Shown here: piece by piece, positions 29,667-40,885 of the stretch | Layout: every line of letters starts with the position of its first letter | How positions within the stretch are numbered: the first letter of the stretch is position 1 | Source of the DNA: an uncultured delta proteobacterium | GTDB lineage: Bacteria > Myxococcota_A > UBA9160 > UBA4427 | DNA: 64,000 nucleotides | Assembly: GCA_963822965.1 (NCBI GenBank) | Contig: CAWGJT010000013.1 | Location: 192,001 to 256,000 of the forward strand | Direction: 5' to 3' | Notes under the pieces: model-generated | Told to the model about the DNA's origin: nothing | Databases searched by the model: none | What the model saw: only the letters and a program-made list of their open reading frames with translations | Program-made: the position numbers and the translations under genes

Positions 29667-32045
29667 TCACAAGCCCCGGGGACGGGTTCCGATGACGCCC
29701 GCTTCCTCGAGGGCGTCGATGTCGTTCTCGCCGAGGTCGCAGAGCTCCCGCAGGATCTCGCGGTTGTGCTGGCCCAGGGTGGGCGCCGGCCGTCGCAGCC
29801 AGGCGTCGACGCTCGCGTAGCGGAAGGGCACGACCGGTGTCTGGTGGCGCCCCACCACCGCATGATCGAAGGGCTCGAAGAAGCGCCGGTGCGCGAGCTG
29901 CGGGTCCTCGCGCACCCTTCGCGGATCGACCACGGAGGCCGCCGGCACGCCCCGGTCCAGCAGCTCCCCGACGAGTGCTTCGCGGTCCCGTGCCGCGATC
30001 CACGGTCGGAGCCTCTCGTCGATCGCGTCGTGGGCCGCGCGCCGGCCGGCGTGACTCGCGAGCGCCGGATCGAGGGCCCAGGCGGGACGTCCCAGCAGCT
30101 CCGTGAGCGCGCGCCACTGCTCGTCGCTGGCGACCGACAGCGCCAGCCACCGCTCGCGGCCGGGCTCGCTGCCGCGGCACGGATACAAGCCCTGGGGCGC
30201 CGCCGCGGGAGAGCGATTGCCCTCGCGCCGCATGAGATTTCCATGGGCGGTGAGCTCGATCAGCTGCTCGGCCGCGGCGTTGAGCGCGCCCTCCACCATG
30301 GTGCACTCCACGTGAACGCCCTCCCCGCGCACCTCCCGCTCTTCCAGGGCGACCAGCAGGGCGAACGCCGCGTGCATGCCCGCCAGGGGATCACACGGCC
30401 CGCGCTGGATGCGCGGCTGGTCATCGGCATGCCCCGTCAGCCAGGCCAGGCCGGTCATCTGCTCCATCGTCTGGGCGAAGCCCGTGTGCTCGCGCCAGGG
30501 TCCCGTGAGCCCGAAGGCGGGCATGCGCACCAGCAGGGTGCGAGGGCTTCGCGCGTGGATCGTCTCCCAGCCGAGCCCGAAGTTGTCGAGTACCCGGGGC
30601 GTGAAGTTCTCGACGACTGCGTCGCAGCGCTCGAGGAGGCGCAGCATGACGTCGCGACCGCGCTCGTGGGAGAGGTCGAGCGCCAGCCCGCGCTTGTTGC
30701 TGTTCGCCGCCAGGAAGAACGAGCTGCACTCCCACCAGTCCGCGAAGCGTCCCTGCAGCATGCCGCCCACCATGCGCATGCCGTCCGGCCGACCGGTGGA
30801 CTCCACGTGGATCACGTCGGCGCCGAGGGTGGCCAGCATGTGGGTCGCCGAAGGTCCCGCCCACCACGCGGTCATGTCCACGATCCGCAGGCCCGCGAGC
30901 GGCAGCCGCGCAGGTCCCTCGGCGCGGGGGACCCTCCGCTCTCGCGCCTCGATGCGGCCCGTGTGCTCGCCCAGCGCGGGCGCCTTGCGGGGCGGCGCCG
31001 GCTCCTCCCCGGCGATGCGATAGGGCGGCCGCGGATACTCGAAGCCAGGTCCGTCCCCCGGTGCCTTCCGGAACACGTCCCGGGCCACGAGCTGCTCGTG
31101 ACGCCGCACGCTGTCGCCGTCGTTCACGGGCGCCACCGGAATGCGGAGCAGGCTGGCCGCCTCGATCACCTCCGCGGTGGTGTGACGCTTCGTCCATGCG
31201 TGCACGATCTCGTTCCATTCCGCGAGTCGCGCGACGCGACCCCCCACCTGGGCGAGCCCCGCATCCTCTCGCAGGTCCGGTCGCTCGATCATGAGCAGGA
31301 AGTCGGAGAACTGCTGGCGGGTGTTCGTGCAGAAGCCCACGTAGCCGTCGGCGGTGGGCTCGATCGACGGCGTCTCCACCGACTGCGGCAGGGGCCCGCT
31401 CGGGAGCACGCCGAGCAGGCTGCACATCAGGTCGGAGTAGTTCGTGCCGGCGATGTTCATGACCTCGAGGATCGAGAAGTCCACGTACTCGCCGTGGCCC
31501 GTCCGTCGTGCCCGGTAGAGCGCCGCCAGTGCGGCGACGGCCGCGAAGGTCCCCGCCAGCCACTCGGTGGTGCGCCCACCCGCCTGGAAGGGCTCCCGCC
31601 CCGGAAGCCCCCGGGTGCCGATCGAGCCACACCCCGCCTGGACGGTGAACTCCGTCGCGGGACGCGCCGCCTGGGGGCCCGTGCGGCCGAAGGGCGAGAT
31701 GGAGACGACCACGAGCCCCGGCTCTTCGCGCGTCAGCGCCGCCGCGTCCAGCGCGCCGGGCGCGAGGCTCTCCACCACCAGATCCGCTCCCGCGATGAGC
31801 GCGCGAACCTCCGGCGCGTCGGGGGTACCCACGCACGAGCGCTTGGAGAAGTTCAGGAACCGGAACAGGGCGCCGTCCCGGCCGTCCAGGGGCGCGCCGG
31901 TCGCCGACCAGCCTCGCAGGGGATCGCCGCCGGGCGGCTCCACCTTCACGACGTCGGCGCCGGCGTCGGCCAGCAGCTTGGTCGCGTACGGACCCGCGAT
32001 GTCGTGGGTGAGATCGACCACCCGGGCGTCCCGCAAGCCGAACAT
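29667..32045 (-). CDS. Family III CoA-transferase (CaiB/BaiF), tandem two-domain form
   Basis: Two repeats: AGPYATKLLADAGADVVKVEP and AGPSATHMLATLGADVIHVES; NKR motif; PTLGQHN. Confidence 0.92.
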   Translation of the reverse strand: MFGLRDARVVDLTHDIAGPYATKLLADAGADVVKVEPPGGDPLRGWSATGAPLDGRDGALFRFLNFSKRSCVGTPDAPEVRALIAGADLVVESLAPGALDAAALTREEPGLVVVSISPFGRTGPQAARPATEFTVQAGCGSIGTRGLPGREPFQAGGRTTEWLAGTFAAVAALAALYRARRTGHGEYVDFSILEVMNIAGTNYSDLMCSLLGVLPSGPLPQSVETPSIEPTADGYVGFCTNTRQQFSDFLLMIERPDLREDAGLAQVGGRVARLAEWNEIVHAWTKRHTTAEVIEAASLLRIPVAPVNDGDSVRRHEQLVARDVFRKAPGDGPGFEYPRPPYRIAGEEPAPPRKAPALGEHTGRIEARERRVPRAEGPARLPLAGLRIVDMTAWWAGPSATHMLATLGADVIHVESTGRPDGMRMVGGMLQGRFADWWECSSFFLAANSNKRGLALDLSHERGRDVMLRLLERCDAVVENFTPRVLDNFGLGWETIHARSPRTLLVRMPAFGLTGPWREHTGFAQTMEQMTGLAWLTGHADDQPRIQRGPCDPLAGMHAAFALLVALEEREVRGEGVHVECTMVEGALNAAAEQLIELTAHGNLMRREGNRSPAAAPQGLYPCRGSEPGRERWLALSVASDEQWRALTELLGRPAWALDPALASHAGRRAAHDAIDERLRPWIAARDREALVGELLDRGVPAASVVDPRRVREDPQLAHRRFFEPFDHAVVGRHQTPVVPFRYASVDAWLRRPAPTLGQHNREILRELCDLGENDIDALEEAGVIGTRPRGL

Positions 32046-32152
32046 GTACTCGTGGTATCGAACCGGCGAAGGCCTTTCCAGTCGTCCTCCGCGCATCGAA
32101 CCCGGCCCCGGAGACGGGTACCCTCCCGCCGCACCCTTCGAGGACCGGCCAC

Positions 32153-33271
32153 ATGCCCCATCGCAGAAGAGCCGGACGGCTCGCGCCTCTCGCGCTCGTC
32201 CTCGCATCCCTGGCGCTGACGGCGGAGCTGCTGGGGTGCGGTCCCCGGCCGGAGCCGGTCGTACCGCCCGGCGACGACCCGGTGGCCGTGCGACAGAACG
32301 ACGGAAGCCTGTGGATCCGCTGGCAGCAGGCGCCGGTCGGACGGGTCCGGGTCTACGTGGGCGACGATCCGGACGCCATCGATCGCAGCAGACCCCTGGG
32401 TGAGCTGGTGGACGGCGAATTCGTCGCCACCGGGCTACCCGCCGATCGCCGCCCTTACTTCGAGCTGGTTCCCGACACGGGTCGGTCGCTCGTCGTCGCC
32501 GAGCGCCTGCTTCCCCTGGAAGGCGCCCACAACTTCCGCGACCTCGGCGGCTACCCCACCGAGGACGGCCGGCGCGTACGCTGGGGCCTCCTCTACCGCT
32601 CCGATCACCTCGGAAGCCTGACGGACGACGACCTCGCCTATCTCGAGCAGCTGCACATCCGCACCGTGTGCGACTTCCGGGGCGCGAGCGAGCGCGAGAG
32701 CGAGCCCGACCGACTCGGGGCTTCCGGGGTGCCCCGCCACGTGAATCCCGCCATCGCCGACGAGCGCTTCGCCATGGAGGAGCTGCGCGACCGACTCGTC
32801 ACCGGCGACCTCGGCTCCATCGACTTCGCGAACCTGCTGGTCGAGGGCAATCGCGCCTTCGCGCGGGACTACGGCGAGCAGTACGCCCGCTTCCTCGACC
32901 TGGTGCAGGAGCCCTCGAACCTGCCGCTCGTCTTCCACTGCACCGCCGGCAAGGACCGGGCCGGCTTCGCGGCGGCGGTGCTGCTGACGGCGCTCGGCGT
33001 CTCCGAGAAGGACGTCGTTCGGGACTATCTCCTCACCCAGCCCTACACCCAGGCGCACATCGAGAAGACCCTGCGAACGATCCGCCTGGTGTCCTTCTTC
33101 CGGACGGACGTGGAGCGCGTCCGCCCCCTGCTGGGCGTCCAGGAGTCGTACATCCGTGCGGGGCTCGACACCGCGAAGCAGGAGCACGGCAGCCTCGAGT
33201 CCTACCTGGACGACGCCCTCGGGCTGGACCCGAAGCGCCGCGCCGCCCTGAGGGACCTGCTTCTGCGCTGA
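32153..33271 (+). CDS. Tyrosine/dual-specificity phosphatase (MptpB/IphP-like), putative lipoprotein
   Basis: Lipobox LLGC; NFRDLGGY, LYRSDHL, FHCTAGKDRAG. Confidence 0.9.
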   Translation: MPHRRRAGRLAPLALVLASLALTAELLGCGPRPEPVVPPGDDPVAVRQNDGSLWIRWQQAPVGRVRVYVGDDPDAIDRSRPLGELVDGEFVATGLPADRRPYFELVPDTGRSLVVAERLLPLEGAHNFRDLGGYPTEDGRRVRWGLLYRSDHLGSLTDDDLAYLEQLHIRTVCDFRGASERESEPDRLGASGVPRHVNPAIADERFAMEELRDRLVTGDLGSIDFANLLVEGNRAFARDYGEQYARFLDLVQEPSNLPLVFHCTAGKDRAGFAAAVLLTALGVSEKDVVRDYLLTQPYTQAHIEKTLRTIRLVSFFRTDVERVRPLLGVQESYIRAGLDTAKQEHGSLESYLDDALGLDPKRRAALRDLLLR

Positions 33272-33305
33272 CGCGCCCTGCCATGCGCCGCCGCCGCGGA
33301 GCCGC

Positions 33306-34490
33306 TCAGCTCCGGAGCTTCGCGATCTGCGCCTCGTCGAGGCCGGCCTCGCGCAGCACCTCGTCGGTATCCGCGCCGAGTCGAGGCGGCGCTCGTCGCA
33401 CGTTCGACGGCGTGGCATCGAAGCGGGGGGCGCTCCCGAAGAGCCGCATCGTTCCCGCCTCCGCGTCCTGCAGCTCGAACACCGTCCGGTTGTGCTCGGT
33501 CTGCGGGTCGCCCAGGAAGCCCTTCACGTCGTAGATCGGACCGAGCGGCGTCCCGTGACGGTGGGCGCGCGCGACGATCTCCGCCGTGGGCCACTTCGCG
33601 ATCTCCTGCTCGAAGACCGCGAACAGCTCGCCGGCGTGCACGATGCGCGAGACGATGCTCGCGTAGCGCTCGTCCTCGAGCAGGTCCTCCCGCTCGATCG
33701 CTCGGCACAGCCCCTCGAAGTGGTGATCCTCGACCACGAGCATGGTGATGTGTCCGTCCGCGGTCTTCCAGGCGCGGTACACGTCCGCCAGCGCGGGCTC
33801 CACCTCGCGATCGCCGTAGGTATGGGGCGCAAAGGCGTCGCAGTGGACGAAGGAGGAGAAGGCGTCGATCATCGGTACCTCGATCTTCTGACCGCGGCCT
33901 CCGTTCCGTTCGCGTGCGAACAGCGCGGCCATCACCGAGTAGCAGGCGGTCATGCCGCTCGTCTTGTCGGCCACGAGGTTGTTGATGAGCCGCGGCGCCC
34001 CCGGCTCGCCCAGCATCGCCGCGAAGCCCGACATGCCCTGGATGATCATGTCGTATGCGGGCTGCTCCGCGTACGGGCCGTCGGGGCCGAAGCCGCTGAT
34101 CGCCACCCAGACGAGCCCGGGATTGCGGGCGCTCGAAGCCGCGTAGCCCACGCCGAGCCGGTCCGCGGTGCCCGCACGGAAGTTCTCGACCACCACGTCG
34201 GCGCGCGCGACGAGCTCGAAGAAGGCCCCGCGGCCCGACTCCTGCTTGAGGTCGAGGACCACGCTGCGCTTGTTGCGGTTGCACTGGGCGAAGATGCCCG
34301 ACAGCCCCGGCGGTCCCTCGCTGCCGAGATGGCGCGCCGTGTCGCCCGACGGCGGCTCGACCTTCACCACGTCGGCACCGAGGTCACCCAGGATCTGCGC
34401 GCACAGCGGACCCGAAACGATGGTCGAGAGGTCCAGCACGCGAACTCCCGCGAGCGGCCCCGTGGCCTCCCCTCCCAGCTCCACACGCAT
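33306..34490 (-). CDS. Family III CoA-transferase (CaiB/BaiF)
   Basis: GPLAGVRVLDL, LGADVVKVEP, NRNKRS, ENFRAG, ADKTSG. Confidence 0.93.
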   Translation of the reverse strand: MRVELGGEATGPLAGVRVLDLSTIVSGPLCAQILGDLGADVVKVEPPSGDTARHLGSEGPPGLSGIFAQCNRNKRSVVLDLKQESGRGAFFELVARADVVVENFRAGTADRLGVGYAASSARNPGLVWVAISGFGPDGPYAEQPAYDMIIQGMSGFAAMLGEPGAPRLINNLVADKTSGMTACYSVMAALFARERNGGRGQKIEVPMIDAFSSFVHCDAFAPHTYGDREVEPALADVYRAWKTADGHITMLVVEDHHFEGLCRAIEREDLLEDERYASIVSRIVHAGELFAVFEQEIAKWPTAEIVARAHRHGTPLGPIYDVKGFLGDPQTEHNRTVFELQDAEAGTMRLFGSAPRFDATPSNVRRAPPRLGADTDEVLREAGLDEAQIAKLRS

Positions 34491-34619
34491 GGCGACTCCT
34501 CCCGTCGGCACAGAAAGAGCGAAGATCGCACTCCGTCTCCAGCGGGTCGACCGGTAGGGCCACGGGCCACGGGCCCCTCGCCGCGTCCGGGCTCCTCCGC
34601 CCCCTGTTACCCTTCCGCC

Positions 34620-35651
34620 ATGTCGAGCGACACGCCGGTGCCGAGCCTCGGGTCCACCTGGACGCGGCGCTCGTTCGAGCGTTCTGGTCTGCCCCCGGCA
34701 GCCGTCGGCGGCCTGCTGCTCGGCGCCTTCGTCCTCGTGCTGCTCGCGCAGGAGGCGTGGCTCGGCCGCCTGGCCTCCCTGCAAGAGGATCCCTCCCTGC
34801 TGGAAGACGCCTGGATCGCGGTGGCCCACGCGGCCATCGCCGCGTACCTGCTCTCCGCCTCGGTCTACCTCGAGCAGCGTCGAGACGAAGGGATTGCCCA
34901 GCTGCTGCCTCGCCTCGATCCCACCCGGGCCGCTCCCTTCCTGGTCCGCCGGCTTCCCGAACGCATCGCGCTCGTCGCCTCCGGCCCCATCGGGGTCTTC
35001 ATCGGCTACTTCGTGGCTCGCTATGCGACGCCTGGCTCGGCCGACTACGACCCGGCGACCTGGAGCCCCGAGGTCGCCTGGCACCGGGTGCTGGGGCTCG
35101 TCCTCGGATTCTGGACCGCGCGCCTGGCCACCGGGATGGTGATCGAGTCCGGCCGCTTCTCGGATCTGGCCGCCAGCGTGCGCCAGATCGACCTGCTGGA
35201 CCTCGGGGGCCTCGCTCCCTTCGCGCGCCAGGGGCTCACCTGCGCCCTGCTCGCGATCGGCACGGTCTCGGTCTACGCGCTCTTCCTGGTGGACTTCGGA
35301 TACCTCCCCTTCGTGGCCGGCCTGCTGGCGGGAAGCGTGCTGGTGGGCGGCCTCACCCTGCTGCTGCCGCTCCGGGGCGCGCGTGAGCAGGTGAGGATCG
35401 CCAAGCAGGCCGAGCTTGCCTGGATCCACGAGCGCATGCGACGCGTCCGGGACCGGCTGCGAAGAGGCGAGGCGCGCGACGCGGACTCCCTCGACGAGCT
35501 CGTCGCCTGGGAGTCCCGGGTCGCGTCGGTGAACGAGTGGCCCGTCGACGCCTCGACGTTCGGCCGCTTTGGCCTGTATCTGATGATTCCACTCGGGTCC
35601 TGGGCGGGCGGTGCGCTGGTGGAACGGGCCGTGGACGCGCTGCTCGACTGA
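34620..35651 (+). CDS. Hypothetical polytopic membrane protein
   Basis: About 7 hydrophobic segments; C-terminal EWPVD..T..RF..YLMIPLGSW. Confidence 0.75.
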   Translation: MSSDTPVPSLGSTWTRRSFERSGLPPAAVGGLLLGAFVLVLLAQEAWLGRLASLQEDPSLLEDAWIAVAHAAIAAYLLSASVYLEQRRDEGIAQLLPRLDPTRAAPFLVRRLPERIALVASGPIGVFIGYFVARYATPGSADYDPATWSPEVAWHRVLGLVLGFWTARLATGMVIESGRFSDLAASVRQIDLLDLGGLAPFARQGLTCALLAIGTVSVYALFLVDFGYLPFVAGLLAGSVLVGGLTLLLPLRGAREQVRIAKQAELAWIHERMRRVRDRLRRGEARDADSLDELVAWESRVASVNEWPVDASTFGRFGLYLMIPLGSWAGGALVERAVDALLD

Positions 35652-35700
35652 ACGTCGGACGATCGAAAGGGCGATCCGGGCGAAGGGGAGGAACGGATCC

Positions 35701-36432
35701 GTGTCGCATTCCGAACAGCGCGCCGTCCTCGTGGTGGGCGCGGGCGAGAGCACCGGTTCCGCCATCGCGAAGCGCTTCGCCCGGGAGGGCTACGTGGCCT
35801 GCGTGGCGCGCCGCAACGGTGACGCGCTCTCCCCGCTCGTCGAAGAGATCGAGCAGACCGGAGGCCGGGCGGTGCCCTACGGCTGCGACGCCCGGGACGA
35901 GGACGCGGTGGCCGAGCTCTTCGCCTCCATCGAGAAGGACGTGGCCCCCCTCGAGGCAGTCGTGTTCAACCCGGGCGGCAACGTGAACTTCCCGATCCGC
36001 GAGACGACCAGTCGGGTCTACCGCAAGGTCTGGGAGATGGCCTGCTTCGGGGGCTTCCTCACCGGACGCGAGGCCGCCCGGGTGATGGTCCCTCGCGGAC
36101 GGGGAACCATCCTCTTCACCGGCGCGACGGCCAGCGTTCGGGGTGGGGCGGGCTTCGCGGCCTTCGCCGGCGCCAAGCACGCGCTGCGGGCGCTGGCTCA
36201 GAGCATGGCGCGCGAGCTGGGACCGGAGGGCATCCACGTGTCCCACGTGGTGATCGACGGTGCCATCGACACCCCCTGGATCCGGGAGAACTTCCCGCAG
36301 CTCGTCGCCAGCCGGCCCCAGGGCCTGATCCAGCCGGACGACATCGCCGAGGTCTACTGGCAGCTCCACCGCCAGCCCCGCAGCGTGTGGACCTTCGAGC
36401 TGGACATCCGCCCCTTCGACGAGCGCTTCTGA
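35701..36432 (+). CDS. SDR family oxidoreductase
   Basis: VVGAGESTGSA, FTGATASVRG, AKHALRALAQSMARELGP. Confidence 0.9.
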   Translation: MSHSEQRAVLVVGAGESTGSAIAKRFAREGYVACVARRNGDALSPLVEEIEQTGGRAVPYGCDARDEDAVAELFASIEKDVAPLEAVVFNPGGNVNFPIRETTSRVYRKVWEMACFGGFLTGREAARVMVPRGRGTILFTGATASVRGGAGFAAFAGAKHALRALAQSMARELGPEGIHVSHVVIDGAIDTPWIRENFPQLVASRPQGLIQPDDIAEVYWQLHRQPRSVWTFELDIRPFDERF

Positions 36433-36531
36433 TGGGCCCAGCCGGGACGTCGCGCCGAGCGGAATTTCATCAACTACCTGTATATAATCAGGTTTATTTT
36501 CATATGGAATCCAGACGGTTCCGGTCCTCTA

Positions 36532-36560
36532 TTTACGGAACCGGATCGGTCCGATATGCT
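36532..36560 (+). promoter_or_regulatory. Putative sigma70 promoter of the suf operon, overlapped by imperfect inverted repeats
   Basis: TTTACG-N17-TATGCT in an AT-rich region; CGGAACCGGATCGGTCCG quasi-dyad in the spacer. Confidence 0.45.
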
Positions 36561-36593
36561 CGGGTGCTCTGACGCACGGCGGGAAACGACGGC

Positions 36594-37058
36594 TTGTTCC
36601 GACTCAGCAAAGGCACCGACTACGGCATCCGGATCCTGGCGCATCTCGCGGGGGACGAAGCTGGCACCACCCACAACGCCCGGGAGGTCGCCGCTCGGCT
36701 CCGCCTTCCGCTTCCGATGGTGAGCAAAGTGATGAAGTCCCTCGCCCGGGCCGGCGTGCTCGAGTCGCATCGCGGTGCCAAGGGCGGGTTCAGCCTCCGC
36801 CGCCGGCCCAGCGAAATCAGCGTGTCCGACATGATCACCGCCCTCGAAGGGCCCGTGGCGCTCACCGAGTGCATGATCGGACCCTCCCTGTGTCAGCACG
36901 AGGGAAGCTGCACCGTGCAGGAGCCCTGGAGCGTCATCAACCGCGCCGTCCAGGGCACTCTCTCGACCATCACCCTCTCCGATCTGATCCACCCCGGCTT
37001 CCCGGCGACGAGCCCGGTGCTGAGCCTCCAGATCGCCCCAGCGAGAGAATCCCAATGA
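36594..37058 (+). CDS. Rrf2-family SUF-system Fe-S assembly regulator
   Basis: RLSKGTDYG, SHRGAKGG, ALEGP, CMIGPSLCQHEGSC (3 Cys); TTG start. Confidence 0.92.
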   Translation: MFRLSKGTDYGIRILAHLAGDEAGTTHNAREVAARLRLPLPMVSKVMKSLARAGVLESHRGAKGGFSLRRRPSEISVSDMITALEGPVALTECMIGPSLCQHEGSCTVQEPWSVINRAVQGTLSTITLSDLIHPGFPATSPVLSLQIAPARESQ

Positions 37059-37344
37059 CCTTCGGCCGCGGGAGCCACCCCCAATGACCTTCAGCCGCGC
37101 GAGCCACCCCCAATGACCTTCAGCCGCGGGAGCCACCCCCAATGACCTTCAGCCGCGGGAGCCACCCCCAATGACCTTCAGCCGCGGGAGCCACCCCCAA
37201 TGACCTTCAGCCGCGGGAGCCACCCCCAATGACCTTCAGCCGCGGGAGCCACCCCCAATGACCTTCAGCCGCGGGAGCCACCCCCAATGACCTTCAGCCG
37301 CGGGAGCCACCCCCAATGACCTTCAGCCGCGGGAGCCACCCCCA
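37055..37344 (+). repeat. Tandem array, 10 x 29 bp (ATGACCTTCAGCCGCGGGAGCCACCCCCA); each unit is a 10-aa mini-ORF
   Basis: ATGs at 37055+29n up to the sufB ATG at 37345; units 3-10 identical, units 1 and 2 carry one substitution each; no spacers. Confidence 0.98.
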
Positions 37345-38804
37345 ATGACCCAGGCCAACGAAGAGCTGCAGCGGCTCGCACGAGCCGACTACAAGTACGG
37401 CTTCGTGACCGACATCGAAGCCGATCAGGCGCCCCCGGGTCTCAGCGAAGACGTGGTGCGGATGATCTCCCTCAAGAAGAACGAGCCGGAGTGGCTGCTG
37501 GAGTTCCGCCTCAAGGCGCTGCGCCGCTTCCTCGAGATGCTCGAGCACGAGAGCGAGCCCACCTGGGCCCAGGTCACGTACCCCAAGATCGACTACCAGA
37601 ACATCATCTACTACTCGGCCCCGAAGCCCCCGAAGAAGCTCGACAACCTGGACCAGGTGGATCCCGAGCTTCGCCGCACCTACGACAAGCTCGGCATCTC
37701 CATCGAGGAGCAGAAGCGCATCAGCGGCGTGAACGTCGCCGTGGATGCGGTCTTCGACAGCGTCTCGGTGGCAACCACCTTCAAGGCCGAGCTGGAGAAG
37801 CACGGCATCTTCTTCGGCTCCTTCAGCGACGCCGTGCAGAAGCACCCGGAGCTCGTGAAGAAGTACCTGGGCTCGGTGGTCCCCTACGCGGACAACTTCT
37901 TCGCCACGCTCAACTCGGCGGTCTTCACCGACGGCTCGTTCGCCTACATCCCCAAGGGCGTCCGCTGCCCGATGGAGCTCTCCACGTACTTCCGCATCAA
38001 CGCCGCGGGAACCGGACAGTTCGAGCGCACCCTCATCGTCGCCGAAGAGGGCGCGTACGTGTCGTATCTGGAGGGCTGCACGGCGCCGCAGCGCGACGAG
38101 AACCAGCTGCACGCCGCCGTGGTCGAGCTCGTCGCCCTCGACGACGCCGAGATCAAGTACTCGACGGTGCAGAACTGGTACCCCGGCGACGAGAACGGCA
38201 AGGGCGGCATCTACAACTTCGTCACCAAGCGCGGCGCCTGCCGCGGGGCCCGCTCGAAGATCTCCTGGACGCAGGTGGAGACCGGCTCTGCGATCACCTG
38301 GAAGTATCCGAGCTGCATCCTGCAGGGCGACGACTCGGTGGGCGAGTTCTACTCGGTGGCGATGACCAACCGTTGGCAGCAGGCCGACACCGGGACCAAG
38401 ATGATCCACCTCGGACGCAACACGAAGTCGACGATCATCTCGAAGGGGATCTCGGCCGGGCACGGCCAGCAGTCGTACCGGGGTCTCGTGTCCATCGGCC
38501 CGAAGGCCACGGGCGCGCGCAACTACTCGCAGTGCGACTCGCTGCTGCTGGGCGACGAGTGCGGCGCACACACCTTTCCCTATCTCGAAGTGAAAAACTC
38601 GACGGCCACCGTGGAGCACGAGGCCACCACCTCGAAGATCGGCGAGGACCAGCTCTTCTACTGCCGCCAGCGCGGTCTCTCGGAAGAGGACGCCATCTCG
38701 ATGATCGTGAACGGATTCTGCAAGGAGGTGCTCGCCGAGCTCCCGATGGAGTTCGCCGTCGAGGCCCAGGCGCTGCTGGGCGTGAGCCTGGAAGGGAGCG
38801 TCGG

Positions 38805-38808
<4 letters not shown>
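37345..38808 (+). CDS. sufB: Fe-S cluster assembly protein SufB
   Basis: [42 protein letters not shown]. Confidence 0.98.
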
Positions 38809-39604
<796 letters not shown>

Positions 39605-39608
<4 letters not shown>

Positions 39609-40885
39609 GCCGGACCCGGGTCAATCCGATCTACACCGATCGGGTCGGCCACTACGCGTCGCGCCACGCGGACTTCGCCGCCACCCGGCGCGACGATCCC
39701 GGCTGGCTCGTCGATCTGCGGGCACGGGCCCTCGCGCGCTTCGTCGAGGTCGGGTTTCCGAGCCCCCGGCTCGAGGAGTGGCGGTACACGAACGTGGCGG
39801 CCATCGCGAAGCTCGCCCTCGACCTGCCCGAGGGCGGTTGCGGGCCCCGGCTCGGCGACGCCGGACAGGCGCACACCCTCTCCTTCGCCGAGGCCCTCCG
39901 CGAGGCGCCGGACGCGCTCCGCGCCGGGCTCGGGAGCTGCCTCGACGCCAAGGACCGCGGCTTCGCGCTGCTCAACACGGCCTTCCTCGCGGAGGGCGCG
40001 TGGGTGCGGGTGCCCGCGAACACGTCTCCCGAGGCGCCGATCCAGCTGGGCTTCGACGCGCCGGGGCGGGGAGCCGTGTGCCATCCGCGAGTGCTCGTGA
40101 AGGCGGAGCCCGGCAGTCGCGCCGTCGTCGTCCTCGATCATACCGGGCCGGGCGCGGGGGCGGGCCTCACGAACCTCGTCGCCGAGATGCGGGTGGGAGC
40201 GAACGCCTCCCTCGACCTCGTACTGGTGCAGCGGGAGGGGGAGGCGCAGTTCCACGTATCGAACCTCGCGTGCCGCGTGGCCCGCGACGGTCGCTTCACC
40301 GCGCACACCCTGACCGCGAGCGGCGCGCTGGTGCGCAACGATCTCGACGTCGTGCTCGAAGGGGAAGGCGCCGAGTGCGAGCTGCGCGGTCTCTTCCTGG
40401 GCAGCGGATCCCGTCTCGTCGACAACCACACCTCCGTCGATCACGCGGTCCCCCACTGCACCAGCCGCGAGCTCTACAAGGGCATCCTCGGCGGGCACTC
40501 GCGAGGCGTGTTCCGCGGCCACGTCCTGGTGCGACCCGACGCCCAGAAGGCCGACGCCTTCCAGTCCAACCCGAACCTGCTGATCGGGGAGAGCGCCGAG
40601 ATCGACACCAAGCCGCAGCTCGAGATCTACGCGGACGACGTCAAGTGCTCGCACGGCGCGACCGTCGGACAGCTCGAGGAGGACGCGCTCTTCTACCTGC
40701 GCAGTCGCGGCATCGGTCGGGACGACGCGCGCAACCTGCTGATCCTGGCCTTCGCGAGCGAGATCACGTCCGCCCTGCCGGGTGAGGAGCTGGCCGGCCG
40801 CCTGGGCGAAGCCATGTCGGAGGGTCTGCGGCTCACCCTCTCGGCGGACGCGAAGAGCGCGCCGCGATCGGAGGACCCTTCGTGA
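39605..40885 (+). CDS. sufD: Fe-S cluster assembly protein SufD
   Basis: [31 protein letters not shown]. Confidence 0.95.

Noticed and set aside
36476..36493. LexA/SOS box (CTGTATATAATCAG) upstream of rrf2
   Set aside because: It is 14 bp rather than the 16-bp CTGT-N8-ACAG spacing; at most an unassigned dyad (ACCTG-N8-CAGGT).
37055..37344. CRISPR array (29-bp repeats)
   Set aside because: Units are head-to-tail with no unique spacers, and there are no cas genes in the window.
37055..37344. Peptide RGSHPQ resembles synthetic RGS-His/Strep-tag (HPQ) sequences
   Set aside because: No vector context; the unit derives from the native sufB RBS/start region, so this is treated as coincidence.
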